Of a stretch of 64,000 nt of DNA, positions 54,171 to 64,000 are shown piece by piece. This DNA is from Thermodesulfobacteriota bacterium (GTDB lineage: Bacteria > Desulfobacterota_D > UBA1144 > Nemesobacterales > JAJCZQ01), in the NCBI GenBank assembly GCA_965215275.1, contig OZ244044.1:1056001-1120000 (forward strand). The letters are read 5' to 3'. A program made the translations under genes and the position numbers. Within the stretch, counting starts at the first letter, position 1; each line of letters opens with the position of its first letter. The notes under the pieces were generated by a model. It had not been told where the DNA came from. It made no database searches and saw only the letters and a list, made by a program, of their open reading frames with translations.

Positions 54171-56471
54171 TCAGACCGTGGGGCTTGAACCGCTGTTCTC
54201 ACCCTGTTTATCCTTTCTGCCGTAACTGAGAACGTCCATAGGGCACACGGTAACGCATATTCCACAACCGATACAGGAGCTTGTCGTATTATCAAGCGTT
54301 TTTTGCTTTAACGCATAGTTCATCACGTCAATGCCCACCTGGCAGTTCCTTGAGCATTCATTACACGCAATACACTTATTGTTCGCCTCTATTTTGAACT
54401 TACCTATTCCCAGTCTGGCAAAAAGTTGTGATTCCCACTGCATCAACTTTGCCAGCGGACACCAATAGCGACACCATACCTTACCTCCTAAAAACGGATA
54501 GAGGGTAACGGGCAGTATCCCCACCAGCCAGACATCCACCATTATTCTGTAAATATTGACCGACCAGTCCGCAGGGTTCCTGAATATCTCAATGGTGTTC
54601 CTGGAAATAAAGATAACGGTAACGACCGCGGCAAATATAAGCACCGCGGTATTCATCCATTCCCAGCTGATGGACCTTTTGCCTTTTGGCGCAAGATGTC
54701 TCCAGCGGTCCCCGAACGTTTCGGCCAAACCTCCGCATCCGCATATCCAGGAACAGTACCGCTTGCCATTGAATATCACGAACACGGGGATCACGACAAA
54801 GGTCAGTAATATACCCCAGATCACCCATATCTTGTTCGGGTCGTAAAAGAACGTATAGAAGAACAGGGGCCACGCATAAACGATCCCATAAGACCGCCAC
54901 CCCTGTTCAGCGAACGACGGGTCGCTCGCAAGCTGCTGTCCTACCCACTGGTAATTGATCGCCCATTGAAAGAGAAATTCAGGAACAATGAAGAAAAATA
55001 TCCATTGAAAGCTCAGCAGGCTCGCGTATCGCCATATCTGGTATTTATCCTTTCTGTCAAGTCCCCACCTTTTAAGTGCCTGTATTCCAAAAATGGTCAT
55101 GAGCGCGGTATACATGACCGTATACCAGAACGACCAGGGTCTGTCCGCAAAGGACAGTAATTTATATCCCCAGTCCTTATACGGCCAGAACTCCTGTCCT
55201 TCACCCACCTTGACGCCGTAGATCGTGTACCATACCAGAAAAGATATCCCCAGCCATGAATAACGGTCTCCCTTGATCCCCATCTTTACAAGGACCGCAA
55301 GGGGAACAGCTGCAACCCCAAGCCCCAGCAGACTCGGTATGCTGGTCAGGTCGTTCCCGAACAGCACCGCGTGTCCGCCAAACAACCACAGTCCGAACAT
55401 CGTCAGGAGCGTAAGCGTAAGGGAGTGCAACAAGCTGCCGTTCCATTCGTTCTCGAGTTTAATTCCAAGTGATTTTAAAAACCTCTTTGGAATATCGGCA
55501 CCGATCAGTACGAACGCGTGATCGTAAGGGACGTTCTCTGTCTGTTCATGTCCGCCCTTATCAACGGAAAGAACGGCTTCTGTTCTTCCAAACTCCTTTA
55601 CGGTGGAATTCAGTATCAACTTTACCCTTCCTGACGCGATCTTTTCGTTCAGTAATCTCTCATTGTCTTTAAATATCCGTGAGAACTCACCTTTTCTGTA
55701 TGAAAGATATACCGTATTAAGTTCGCTGAGGGTTATGGCTGCCTCGACCGCGCTGTTACCGCCACCAACTATCAGAACGTTCTCACCGCTGTATTCTTTC
55801 GGACTGTAAAGCTGATGGTAAACCTGCTCCATCTCTTCCCCGGGTACATTGAGCTTTCTTGGATTACCCCGCATTCCGGTCGCAAGGATAACTCTTCTGG
55901 CCTGATAACTGGACCTGGGGGTCTTTACCTCAAATACATCACCGTATCTTTCTATACTCTCAAGGGGTTCCGCCAATCGCACGTCAATACCGTTGGAGTC
56001 TATTATATCGTTCCACCTCCTGACGAGGTCTTCCTTTTGTGCACCATCAAGCCAGAGCTTGCCTTTTGAAGGAACCTTGTCAGGTTCGGCGTATACCCAC
56101 TTGCCTTCAGGAAAATTCTCTATCGTGTTGGCTATCTTGCCCTTTTCCAGAACTATACAGCTAAGCCCCAGGTCCTGAGCGGTCAAAGCGGCGTTCAATC
56201 CAGCCGCCCCTGCCCCAACTATCACAATATCAAAAACCCCCTTACGGTCATATTTCGCATCGGGTAAGGAGGCTATGTGATTTACAACGTTAAACCCCTG
56301 CTCCATTGCCAGTTTTATTACAGGTGCTCCAGCCAGGTCGCCAATTATATAGATCCCGTCAATGTTGCTCTCAAAGTTCCTGTTTATCCGCGGCCGCTGC
56401 CTCTCTCCCGTGCCGGTGATCAGTATCGCTTCTGCTTTGGATTCTATGAAATGCGTTACTCTGTTGATCAT
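54171..56471 (-). CDS. TrxB/YpdA-like FAD oxidoreductase fused to membrane 4Fe-4S (NapH/MauN-like) domain
   Basis: VGAGAAG and VGGGNSA motifs; TM helices; YCSWICGCG, WCRYWCP, two CxxCxxCxxxC. Confidence 0.82.
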   Translation of the reverse strand: MINRVTHFIESKAEAILITGTGERQRPRINRNFESNIDGIYIIGDLAGAPVIKLAMEQGFNVVNHIASLPDAKYDRKGVFDIVIVGAGAAGLNAALTAQDLGLSCIVLEKGKIANTIENFPEGKWVYAEPDKVPSKGKLWLDGAQKEDLVRRWNDIIDSNGIDVRLAEPLESIERYGDVFEVKTPRSSYQARRVILATGMRGNPRKLNVPGEEMEQVYHQLYSPKEYSGENVLIVGGGNSAVEAAITLSELNTVYLSYRKGEFSRIFKDNERLLNEKIASGRVKLILNSTVKEFGRTEAVLSVDKGGHEQTENVPYDHAFVLIGADIPKRFLKSLGIKLENEWNGSLLHSLTLTLLTMFGLWLFGGHAVLFGNDLTSIPSLLGLGVAAVPLAVLVKMGIKGDRYSWLGISFLVWYTIYGVKVGEGQEFWPYKDWGYKLLSFADRPWSFWYTVMYTALMTIFGIQALKRWGLDRKDKYQIWRYASLLSFQWIFFFIVPEFLFQWAINYQWVGQQLASDPSFAEQGWRSYGIVYAWPLFFYTFFYDPNKIWVIWGILLTFVVIPVFVIFNGKRYCSWICGCGGLAETFGDRWRHLAPKGKRSISWEWMNTAVLIFAAVVTVIFISRNTIEIFRNPADWSVNIYRIMVDVWLVGILPVTLYPFLGGKVWCRYWCPLAKLMQWESQLFARLGIGKFKIEANNKCIACNECSRNCQVGIDVMNYALKQKTLDNTTSSCIGCGICVTVCPMDVLSYGRKDKQGENSGSSPTV

Positions 56472-56501
56472 TGTTGTGATCCTCCTGCCTCTTCAGCTAA
56501 C

Positions 56502-57179
56502 TCACAGCCTCTCGATCTCAGAGGTCGTGCAGGGACTTAACACAGTACTGCAGCCTGAACAGTTCTTTGCCGAAGGATGGTTCTGATGTCCGCAGCTTCG
56601 GCAGACGTTCGGTTCCATGGTCAGAGGGACCTTTTCAAGTCCCCTGGGAATTTCGCCGTGGGCTTCTGACCTTTTAACGGCAACGACAATGTACCCAAAT
56701 ATATTAAGAAAAAACCCTGAAAAGAACCATGGAATTGGCTTCAGACCTTTCTCAACCGCGCAGTGAGAGGTTATTGCTCCAAAAACCAGACCTATAAGAA
56801 CGTAAATACCAAAAACAAACCATCCCATTGAAAGCCGTTCAGATAACGTTATATCTTCCGTGAATAACGCTCCTTTGGGTTCGAACTTTGAAAAATACTT
56901 ATCTCTGCTGTCTAAAAATATGCTTAAGGCTTCTTTCTTCATAGGAACCCTCCTTCCTTTGACCAGAAGAACTATATCGTCGTGATCCAGGGACAGACCT
57001 GACACTACACAGCGGTCCCCGGAGTGTACTTCAACAACAGGGTAGGGATTTTCAACACAGCTGGCCTTTTGAGGATGATAAAGAAATAAAGAACAGAACA
57101 CTAAAAGAAATACACCTGTCAGGAAACAGTTATTAAAACTTATAACATCAGACGGCATTGTTATCCCTTCTCTCATCAT
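56502..57179 (-). CDS. Membrane protein with C-terminal double zinc ribbon
   Basis: Two TM segments (WFFSGFFLNIFG), CRSCG...CSGC. Confidence 0.65.
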   Translation of the reverse strand: MMREGITMPSDVISFNNCFLTGVFLLVFCSLFLYHPQKASCVENPYPVVEVHSGDRCVVSGLSLDHDDIVLLVKGRRVPMKKEALSIFLDSRDKYFSKFEPKGALFTEDITLSERLSMGWFVFGIYVLIGLVFGAITSHCAVEKGLKPIPWFFSGFFLNIFGYIVVAVKRSEAHGEIPRGLEKVPLTMEPNVCRSCGHQNHPSAKNCSGCSTVLSPCTTSEIERL

Positions 57180-57915
57180 ACTGATTATAATTATATCAGC
57201 ATAAAGATTTACTTACATTTTTCGTTTTCTATAATTAGTTCCCCATATTGAGTATAATACAGAGAAAATTATATAATTCAGCAACGAAAGCGAGCAAAGA
57301 ACCTGATAGCACTATAAGTTTTGGTAATAATATATAGCAATATGTTAAACAAACAAGAACATACAGCTGAAATGAAAACTGATCGCAGAAAGGCTTGTCC
57401 GTACAGCTCAGCTTACAAGAGGTCAGACGGGTGTTTAAAATAACCTGTTTTTATAACCGTGCTTTACAAAAAATGAAGTTCACAGAATAACAAACAGTAT
57501 GATCAGACAGAGTAACAGCATGGTAATGGAAGATCTGCAGGCAGATAAGATGATTAAAAACGGACCTTTATCTGAAAGAGCATTTAACTGTGGTGATTCT
57601 GAAGATAAAGACATAAATGCCGATATAAATATCCTTAACGGGTATTTATCTGTATCGGGTGGGACAACTGAAGAACAGCTGCCGGCAGGTTCCAAGGATA
57701 TAATGGGTCAAAAGAAAACGGGGACAGAGCAGTCCTGCGATCAAAACAGTATAATCAGTTGCTGCGGGTAAAACTGATCGTATATCCCTACAATATTGCA
57801 TCTATGCAGGACACACGGGTGAAAGAAAAACAATAAGAACAGGTAACAGCATCCTTATCACGGTTGACTATAATCACGCGTTTTTAAACTTAAGACTTCT
57901 TTTGAGATAACTCTA

Positions 57916-58926
57916 TTGACCATTTTTACAGCAGTTGCGATCATATTATCGGTTTTTCTCGCATTGAACATCGGAGCCAATAATTCGGCTGCCTCAATGG
58001 CTACATCCTACGGGGCCGGGGTAAGGTCCAAAAGACAGGCCGTTATACTGATCGCGATATTCGCACTGCTTGGAGCCGTAGTTGCAGGTGCACCGGTAGT
58101 GCAGACGATCGGTAAGGGAATAGTCTCCACCGAAGTCCTGACCGCTAACTCGATCCTGATCCTGATCGTGCTTCTGGTAGCAATTATATTCACTACGTGG
58201 GCAAACGTCGTGAAAACCCCCATTGCCACAACCCATGCGATCGTTTGTGCACTTGTGGGAGTGGGCCTTTATGCAAATTCTCTGAATGAAGAGAAATTCC
58301 TCTACATCGTTGCCTGGTGGGTCCTGTGTCCCATTGTAGCTTTTTTAATTAATTTCCTTGTGGCAAAATTTTTCTATTTCAAAATAGTTCAGTACCTTGC
58401 AAACAATTTTGCCGAGAAGAAAGTCAATACGATACTCACGGTCTTTGTAACGATATCGGGAGTGTTCCTTGCCTTTTCAGGCGGGGCCAACAACTCCGCA
58501 AACGCCGTGGGACCACTGGTGGGACTCGGTCTGGTAACCTCTTCGGACGGTGCTATACTGGCGGGATTTGCAATGAGCATCGGGGCTCTGCTCCTGGGAG
58601 GAAGAGTACTTGAGACCGTCGGAAAGGAAATTACCGAAATATGTCTTACAAGGGCAATTTCAGTGGAATTTACCGGGGCAACTATAATCCTTATTTCGTC
58701 ACTTGCAGGAATTCCCGTCTCAATAGCTGAAATAATAACTTCCGGTATAATAGGTTTTTCATGTGCACAGCATGGATTTGGGGTCACAGCTAAGAACAGA
58801 CACGTTATGAAGATCGGATTTTTCTGGGTGGTAACTCCCTTTTTAGCTATCATATTAAGTTATGCCATGTCATTGTTATACTTTGACTACGGACTTGCAG
58901 AAGCTATCAATCTGGGACTCCCTTAG
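57916..58926 (+). CDS. PiT-family inorganic anion transporter
   Basis: Two GANN signature repeats; adjacent to cysH, so possibly a CysP-like sulfate permease. Confidence 0.88.
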   Translation: MTIFTAVAIILSVFLALNIGANNSAASMATSYGAGVRSKRQAVILIAIFALLGAVVAGAPVVQTIGKGIVSTEVLTANSILILIVLLVAIIFTTWANVVKTPIATTHAIVCALVGVGLYANSLNEEKFLYIVAWWVLCPIVAFLINFLVAKFFYFKIVQYLANNFAEKKVNTILTVFVTISGVFLAFSGGANNSANAVGPLVGLGLVTSSDGAILAGFAMSIGALLLGGRVLETVGKEITEICLTRAISVEFTGATIILISSLAGIPVSIAEIITSGIIGFSCAQHGFGVTAKNRHVMKIGFFWVVTPFLAIILSYAMSLLYFDYGLAEAINLGLP

Positions 58927-58940
58927 GCTGGATTAAAACA

Positions 58941-59666
58941 ATGGAACTGAACACAGAACACGTCAGACATTTGAACGACAGGTTTGCCAAAAGATCCCCT
59001 GAGAGCATTTTAAGCTGGTGTATTGACGAACTCCACCCCAAGGTTGCCCTTGCAACGAGTTTCCAGTCGCAGGGGATGGTACTTATCGACATGCTCATGA
59101 AAATAAACAAAGAAGCAAGGATATGCACAGTTGATACCGGAAGACTTAACCAGGAAACCTACAACATCATTGACGAGGTCAGAATTAAATACGGCACGGA
59201 CATAGAGGTGATCTTTCCCGATTATAACGAAGTGGAAAAAATGGTAAGTGAAAAAGGGATAAATCTTTTTTATAAAGGTATGGAGAACAGGCTTCTCTGC
59301 TGCAGGATCAGAAAAACCAATCCCATTAACAGATATCTTGAATCTCTTGACGGATGGATAACCGCGATCAGAGGAGAGCAGTCGGTTTCAAGGGCAAATA
59401 CCCAGAAATTCGAAATCGACACCATACATCATAACATGCTGAAAATTAATCCACTCGTGGAATGGACCGAGGAGATGATCTGGGACTATATTAAATCCAA
59501 TAACCTGCCTTATAACAAACTCTATGACAGGGGTTACAGAAGTATAGGATGTGAACCTTGTACAAGAGCGGTAAAAAAAGGAGAAGACGCCCGAGGTGGC
59601 AGATGGTGGTGGGAATCGGATTCCATCAAAGAATGCGGTATTCACTTTGATTACAACCAAGATTAG
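58941..59666 (+). CDS. cysH: (P)APS reductase
   Basis: VDTG, CCRIRK, GYRSIGCEPCT, GRWWWE, KECGIH; the CC/CxxC pair points to APS-type. Confidence 0.93.
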   Translation: MELNTEHVRHLNDRFAKRSPESILSWCIDELHPKVALATSFQSQGMVLIDMLMKINKEARICTVDTGRLNQETYNIIDEVRIKYGTDIEVIFPDYNEVEKMVSEKGINLFYKGMENRLLCCRIRKTNPINRYLESLDGWITAIRGEQSVSRANTQKFEIDTIHHNMLKINPLVEWTEEMIWDYIKSNNLPYNKLYDRGYRSIGCEPCTRAVKKGEDARGGRWWWESDSIKECGIHFDYNQD

Positions 59667-59711
59667 CCATTGGTCTATTTCAGATATTTAATGTAGACTG
59701 GGATACCTATT

Positions 59712-60293
59712 ATGAGCTTTGCTGAAAGTACAGCTATAGCCGGTGCGTTCTGGTCCCACTCTCCCGTTGTAGTTATAACAAGCAAGCACGACAAGGAGAT
59801 AAACGGACAGGTTGCCGTAACCGTCGTGACGTCATCGATCGTTAACAGTATACCGAGGCTCATTGTGGGTATATGGAAAGGAAATTATACCCACGGCTTT
59901 ATCTACAACAGTAAAAAGCTTAATATACACCTGCTAAGGCAGCAGCAGTTCGACCTTGTAAGGAATTTTGGATTCTACACGGGGAGAGAGGTGGAAAAAT
60001 TCAAAAGCATCGACTACGGATCTGGCAACAACGGCTGCCCTGTTCTGGAAAACGTTCATTCATACATGGAGTGTGAAGTGCTTAATGCAATGGATGGTGG
60101 CGATATGACAGCGTTTCTGGTCAGCGTGACGGATGGAAAGATATTTAACGATGATAACTGGATGACGCTGAGCGATTTTTATAACCTCGCACCCCAGGAA
60201 TGGATCGAAGAATACGGCAGGAAACTGGCACGGTCCGTACAGCATTCATTACCAATAATACACAACATCAATTACAATCCGTTCAAAATTTAA
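59712..60293 (+). CDS. Flavin reductase family protein
   Basis: VVVITS...NG, FG..TGR..EKF, GCPVL, MECEV motifs. Confidence 0.88.
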   Translation: MSFAESTAIAGAFWSHSPVVVITSKHDKEINGQVAVTVVTSSIVNSIPRLIVGIWKGNYTHGFIYNSKKLNIHLLRQQQFDLVRNFGFYTGREVEKFKSIDYGSGNNGCPVLENVHSYMECEVLNAMDGGDMTAFLVSVTDGKIFNDDNWMTLSDFYNLAPQEWIEEYGRKLARSVQHSLPIIHNINYNPFKI

Positions 60294-60528
60294 AAATAGA
60301 GCTTAAAAACCTCTAAAAACTAAATGCTCCGTAGAAAACTTATAGGTAAAAGTGGATATTAAACTGTCAATATATGGCTGTAAGAACGGAAATAGTCACT
60401 ATATATAGTAGTTTCTTACGTTTTTTAAAAAATTAAGTTAAAAATTTAATTTTCTCTTGACTTTTTGCTAAAACTGATTTATTTTTATAGTGAACATAAA
60501 CAACATCATCCTTAATCCTCCTTTAACT

Positions 60529-60575
60529 AAACGGGAGCGTTTTCCGCTGTTCTCACTTTTAAAACGCTCCCGTTT
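60529..60575. terminator. Strong intergenic hairpin
   Basis: 15-bp perfect inverted repeat AAACGGGAGCGTTTT...AAAACGCTCCCGTTT. Confidence 0.7.
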
Positions 60576-60720
60576 CTATTAACTCTGATAGACGTTCGGT
60601 GTAAATGTATCACCCGGCACTATGGTACTCACAACAGTAAATATCCGTAACGACCTTTAAAAATACCAGAAAATTATAGTAAAGTAATGCAAAGCACTAA
60701 ATCAATATTTGAGGATCTGC

Positions 60721-61443
60721 ATGAAGACTAGACCAAGGATAAAATTCGCCATTCTGTTATTTTCTCTGATCTTTCTGGTATCGGGTTGCAGGATCATAAA
60801 GCTTGCCAAAGTTAAGAACCAGATGGCAGATCCAAAAAATTTTAAAGTGACCGATGAGAACGGACTTTCTCTGACCTTCCTAAAACCACTTATGAATAAA
60901 AAAGACGTAGCCTGGATTATGTCAACTGAACCAACCATAAGAAGTTCCGACGTATGGATATATGAGATCAGAAAAAGGTACAGAGGAAACAGCAATGACA
61001 GAAATAACTTTGATATTCCCATCAAGCTGAACTTTACAAAAAACAAACTAAAGGTTGCAACCTTGCCTGAACGATTTGCACAACACATTCCAAAACCTGT
61101 GTTTACTAAGTTCATTCAGTCATTTGGTAAGGGACGGCTGATCAAAAGGAAAAAAACCCTGCACGCTGTATATAAGGTCAACGATAAGTCGGAATTTCTT
61201 TCAACTCAAGACATTGTTGCTTTTTTGGGACTGCCGTACTACACGAAGGTGAAAGGAGAAAAAGAGAGTTTTGTCTTTCTATATAAAATACTGTCACCAG
61301 ACGTTAATAAAAAGGTAGGGGTGAGATATGATTACCACTTCAACAGAAAAACTAAACTTCTGAGCAGTATCACTGCAAATATAAAGGGGTTTAACATCTT
61401 AATCGAATTCACTGAAGGTCAGGACGAAGGTATTTCGAAATGA
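60721..61443 (+). CDS. Hypothetical basic lipoprotein
   Basis: MKTRPR...LVSGC lipobox; ATGA overlap with ispE. Confidence 0.7.
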   Translation: MKTRPRIKFAILLFSLIFLVSGCRIIKLAKVKNQMADPKNFKVTDENGLSLTFLKPLMNKKDVAWIMSTEPTIRSSDVWIYEIRKRYRGNSNDRNNFDIPIKLNFTKNKLKVATLPERFAQHIPKPVFTKFIQSFGKGRLIKRKKTLHAVYKVNDKSEFLSTQDIVAFLGLPYYTKVKGEKESFVFLYKILSPDVNKKVGVRYDYHFNRKTKLLSSITANIKGFNILIEFTEGQDEGISK

Positions 61444-62321
61444 GTTTCGTAACCCTGCTGTCTCCTGCAAAAATCAATCTGACCCTCAGAGTGCACGGAA
61501 GAAGACCCGACGACGGATACCATGAGATCACTTCCGTAATACAACCGGTCAATCTCTTTGATACGGTTAAGATCGAGGCATCAGAAGGAAACGGCATTCT
61601 GCTGAATACACGGGGTATAGATATCCCGAGCGACAAAAGTAACCTGGCTTACAAAGCAGCAATGCTATACTTTAAAAAAGCCGATATACGGAAAAAAATA
61701 ACTATCTCGATCGACAAGTCGATCCCCACTGGGAGCGGCCTTGGAGGTGGGAGTTCCAACGCAGCGGCAGTGCTTGTCGGGCTTAACCGTCTGCTTAATG
61801 GATTAAGCGAAAATGAACTTATGAAAATATCTCCCAAGCTCGGTGCTGACGTGCCGTTTTTCATAAAATGCCGGTCCGCGGTCGTTGAAGGCATAGGCGA
61901 AAAAGTCACAATACTTAAAGACCTTCCACTGTTCCATTACGTGGTCATTTACCCTAAATTCGGAGTTTCAACCGTGGAAGTTTACAAAGAATGGGACAAA
62001 CTGAACAGTGGAATCAATGACCAAAAACCTGAACGTGAAAAGTTAGAGCAGGTTTTTCTGGGTCCCGAACTGGAACCGCTCGTGTTTAACGACCTGGAAA
62101 GGCCTTCTTTCAATGTATGTCCTGCTCTGAAAAAATACAAGGAGTTGATGCATTCCCTGGATACAAAGTTGGTAATGATCTCCGGGAGCGGTTCTTCCTT
62201 ATTTGCCTTATTCAGAAAAAATAAGCCGGCCGAAGATCTATACAAATATCTATCTTCAAGCAAGGAAATCGATACCTTCTTGCTAAAGGGAATATCAGGC
62301 TGGCACCGTTTGGCGTATTAA
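61440..62321 (+). CDS. ispE: 4-diphosphocytidyl-2-C-methyl-D-erythritol kinase
   Basis: PAKINL, GYHEI, IPTGSGLGGGSSNAA, LGADVPFF, SGSGS motifs. Confidence 0.96.
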   Translation: MSFVTLLSPAKINLTLRVHGRRPDDGYHEITSVIQPVNLFDTVKIEASEGNGILLNTRGIDIPSDKSNLAYKAAMLYFKKADIRKKITISIDKSIPTGSGLGGGSSNAAAVLVGLNRLLNGLSENELMKISPKLGADVPFFIKCRSAVVEGIGEKVTILKDLPLFHYVVIYPKFGVSTVEVYKEWDKLNSGINDQKPEREKLEQVFLGPELEPLVFNDLERPSFNVCPALKKYKELMHSLDTKLVMISGSGSSLFALFRKNKPAEDLYKYLSSSKEIDTFLLKGISGWHRLAY

Positions 62322-62427
62322 AAGGGGAAATACTCCCCACATCCTGATATCATTATCATTGTAAGAAAGGAAAGAGAAAGACATCACACTTGACATCCGT
62401 TCATAATACGAGTAAAATATCAATGTT

Positions 62428-64000
62428 ATGAAAAATCCAAACATAAAAACACGTAGTTCCATTACCCCCCCCCCCGTGTATACCTGAACTTTCAGTCTGG
62501 TATAAGTATTTTGTAAGAACAATGTTTAAGATAATACCCCCCCCCATCTAAGTCATTACTAACGTTAGTCTTATTTCTTCTGATTATTATGGTCATAGCT
62601 GCAAAAGGGCAGAGCAGTCTGGAAGAAACATTATCTGAATGCAGAGGTATGAGTTCAGACACGGAAGATCCGTTATACGGATGTCAGTGGCATCTGAAAA
62701 ACACGGGGCAGTTTGGTTTTTCCGGAAAGAGAATAACAGCAGGAGAAGATATAAACATAGAGGGAGTGTGGAACGAAGACGTATACGGTACCGGAATTAA
62801 CATAGCAATAGTAAGTAACGGCATTGACCTTTCACATGAGGACCTTTCTGCTAAGGTCCGTTCCGGACTGAACTATGATCTGTCTGACAGTTCATCTTTT
62901 AGTGGAACACGAGCGGCAGGTGTAATAGCAGCAACTGGATATAACGGACTGGGAGTAAGAGGAACAGCACCTGGTGCGAGTATATACAGTTACAGGTTAT
63001 CCGGTGATCTCAGTGAAGCGGACGCGGTGGTCCGTAATAAGGAAATAACTGCAGTATTGGTTAACGGCCGGGGATATGAGGAAGGAGCTTTTTTTCAGGA
63101 GGCTTTGGCTGAGTGGGAAGAAGGAGTGGAACTTGGAATAAGAGAAGGGTTTTATGGTAAAGGTGTGTTTTACGTCCGGGGAGCAGGGGACGGTCATGAG
63201 AATAACGATCAGGCTAATTTTTCTGAATATTCAAACTATTACGGAGTAACGGCTGTGTGTTCAACGGACGGTTCTGGAAAGAAGAGTTTATTTTCAGAAG
63301 AGGGAGTAAATCTATGGGTATGTGCACCTGGTTCTGATATTGTGACCACAGATAATAACGACGGCTACGTTGTAACTTCCGGAACATTTCTATCAGCTTC
63401 ACAGGTTGGAGGAGTGGCAGCACTGCTGAGAGAGATAAATGGACAGCTGAGCTGGAGGGATATAAAGCTTATACTTGCGGGTTCAGCACGGCAGAACGAT
63501 TTTTTTGATATGAGCTGGGAGACTGGAGCTGTTAAATACGGTTCTGATACGGAAAGATATAAATATAATCCTAAGTATGGTTTTGGCGTGGTAGACGCAG
63601 AAGCAGCTGCAGAACTTGCAAAAAGCTGGAAAGGCGTTGGAGAGATGAGGACCATTACAGCTTCTTCAGATAATGAACTGACAATTCCTGATGGAGAAGG
63701 AGAAGCAGACGGGGTCCTTGTTTCCAGACTTATGATCCCGGACCTGGAGGAAATATTTACGGAATTCGTTGAGGTAGAACTTGTTTTCTCTCATGACCGC
63801 TTACAGGACCTTGATATAAAAATAACCTCTCCTTCCGGGACAGTATCTGAACTTGTAAGGGAGTTTTCAGGGGAAGCGGAAGACGCTGATATCAGTTACC
63901 TGAGAAGAACACATCGTTTCGGGTCGGCAAAGCACCTCGGAGAAGACCCTTCCGGAGAATGAATCCTTAAAATATCCGATACTGCTTCCGGAGATGAAGA
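62428..64000 (+). pseudogene. S8 pseudoprotease surface protein copy 3 (both C tracts out of frame; TGG>TGA at 63960; runs off window)
   Basis: Close nucleotide paralogue of copies 1 and 2; C11 at 62465-62475, C9 at 62537-62545; GEDPSGE* where paralogues read GEDPSGEW. Confidence 0.85.

Noticed and set aside
57230..57771. TIR-like GGGAACTAATTATA near 57244 and 90-aa ORF 57499-57771
   Set aside because: Weak match with no partner end or TSD; the ORF has no recognisable motif
63960..63962. TGA recoding (Trp or Sec) in S8 copy 3
   Set aside because: Many core genes here use TGA as a normal stop and TGG for Trp; a nonsense change or base error is simpler
26011..64000. Diversity-generating retroelement or shufflon behind S8 paralogue variation
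   Set aside because: No reverse transcriptase or invertase in the window; differences are not adenine-specific

Overview
Bacterial chromosome window. The housekeeping backbone is yidC-yidD-rnpA-rpmH, oadGAB, miaB, amt, tRNA-Ala, tRNA-Arg, phoH, purA-hisZ-serA, tatC, mltA, uvrC, argFDB, tolC, purH, mlaD, cysH and ispE. The TPR/Ig-repeat cargo and many fresh pseudogenes suggest a marine host-associated lineage (Dadabacteria-like is a guess, not shown). The accessory DNA is organised around one terminal inverted repeat family, GGGAA(T/C)TATATA, typical of IS1595 (ISNwi1-like) elements. It bounds two decayed IS1595 copies. It also bounds a transposase-free tnpB element with intact RuvC residues (38941-40501) and a transposase-free 4.1 kb cassette with a perfect 9-bp target-site duplication (25951-30077) carrying a large surface protein. 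That protein has three paralogues here. All three are kexin/furin-like S8 + P-domain proteins that have lost the whole catalytic triad, and each is preceded by two poly-C tracts of differing length that set the reading frame. The two complete copies add seven Ig-like repeats and a GGGGC-TM anchor. The candidate new system is IS1595-end-mobilised cargo: an RNA-guided nuclease plus phase-variable surface pseudoproteases. Homopolymer lengths and single-base frameshifts could be sequencing errors and need read-level checks.
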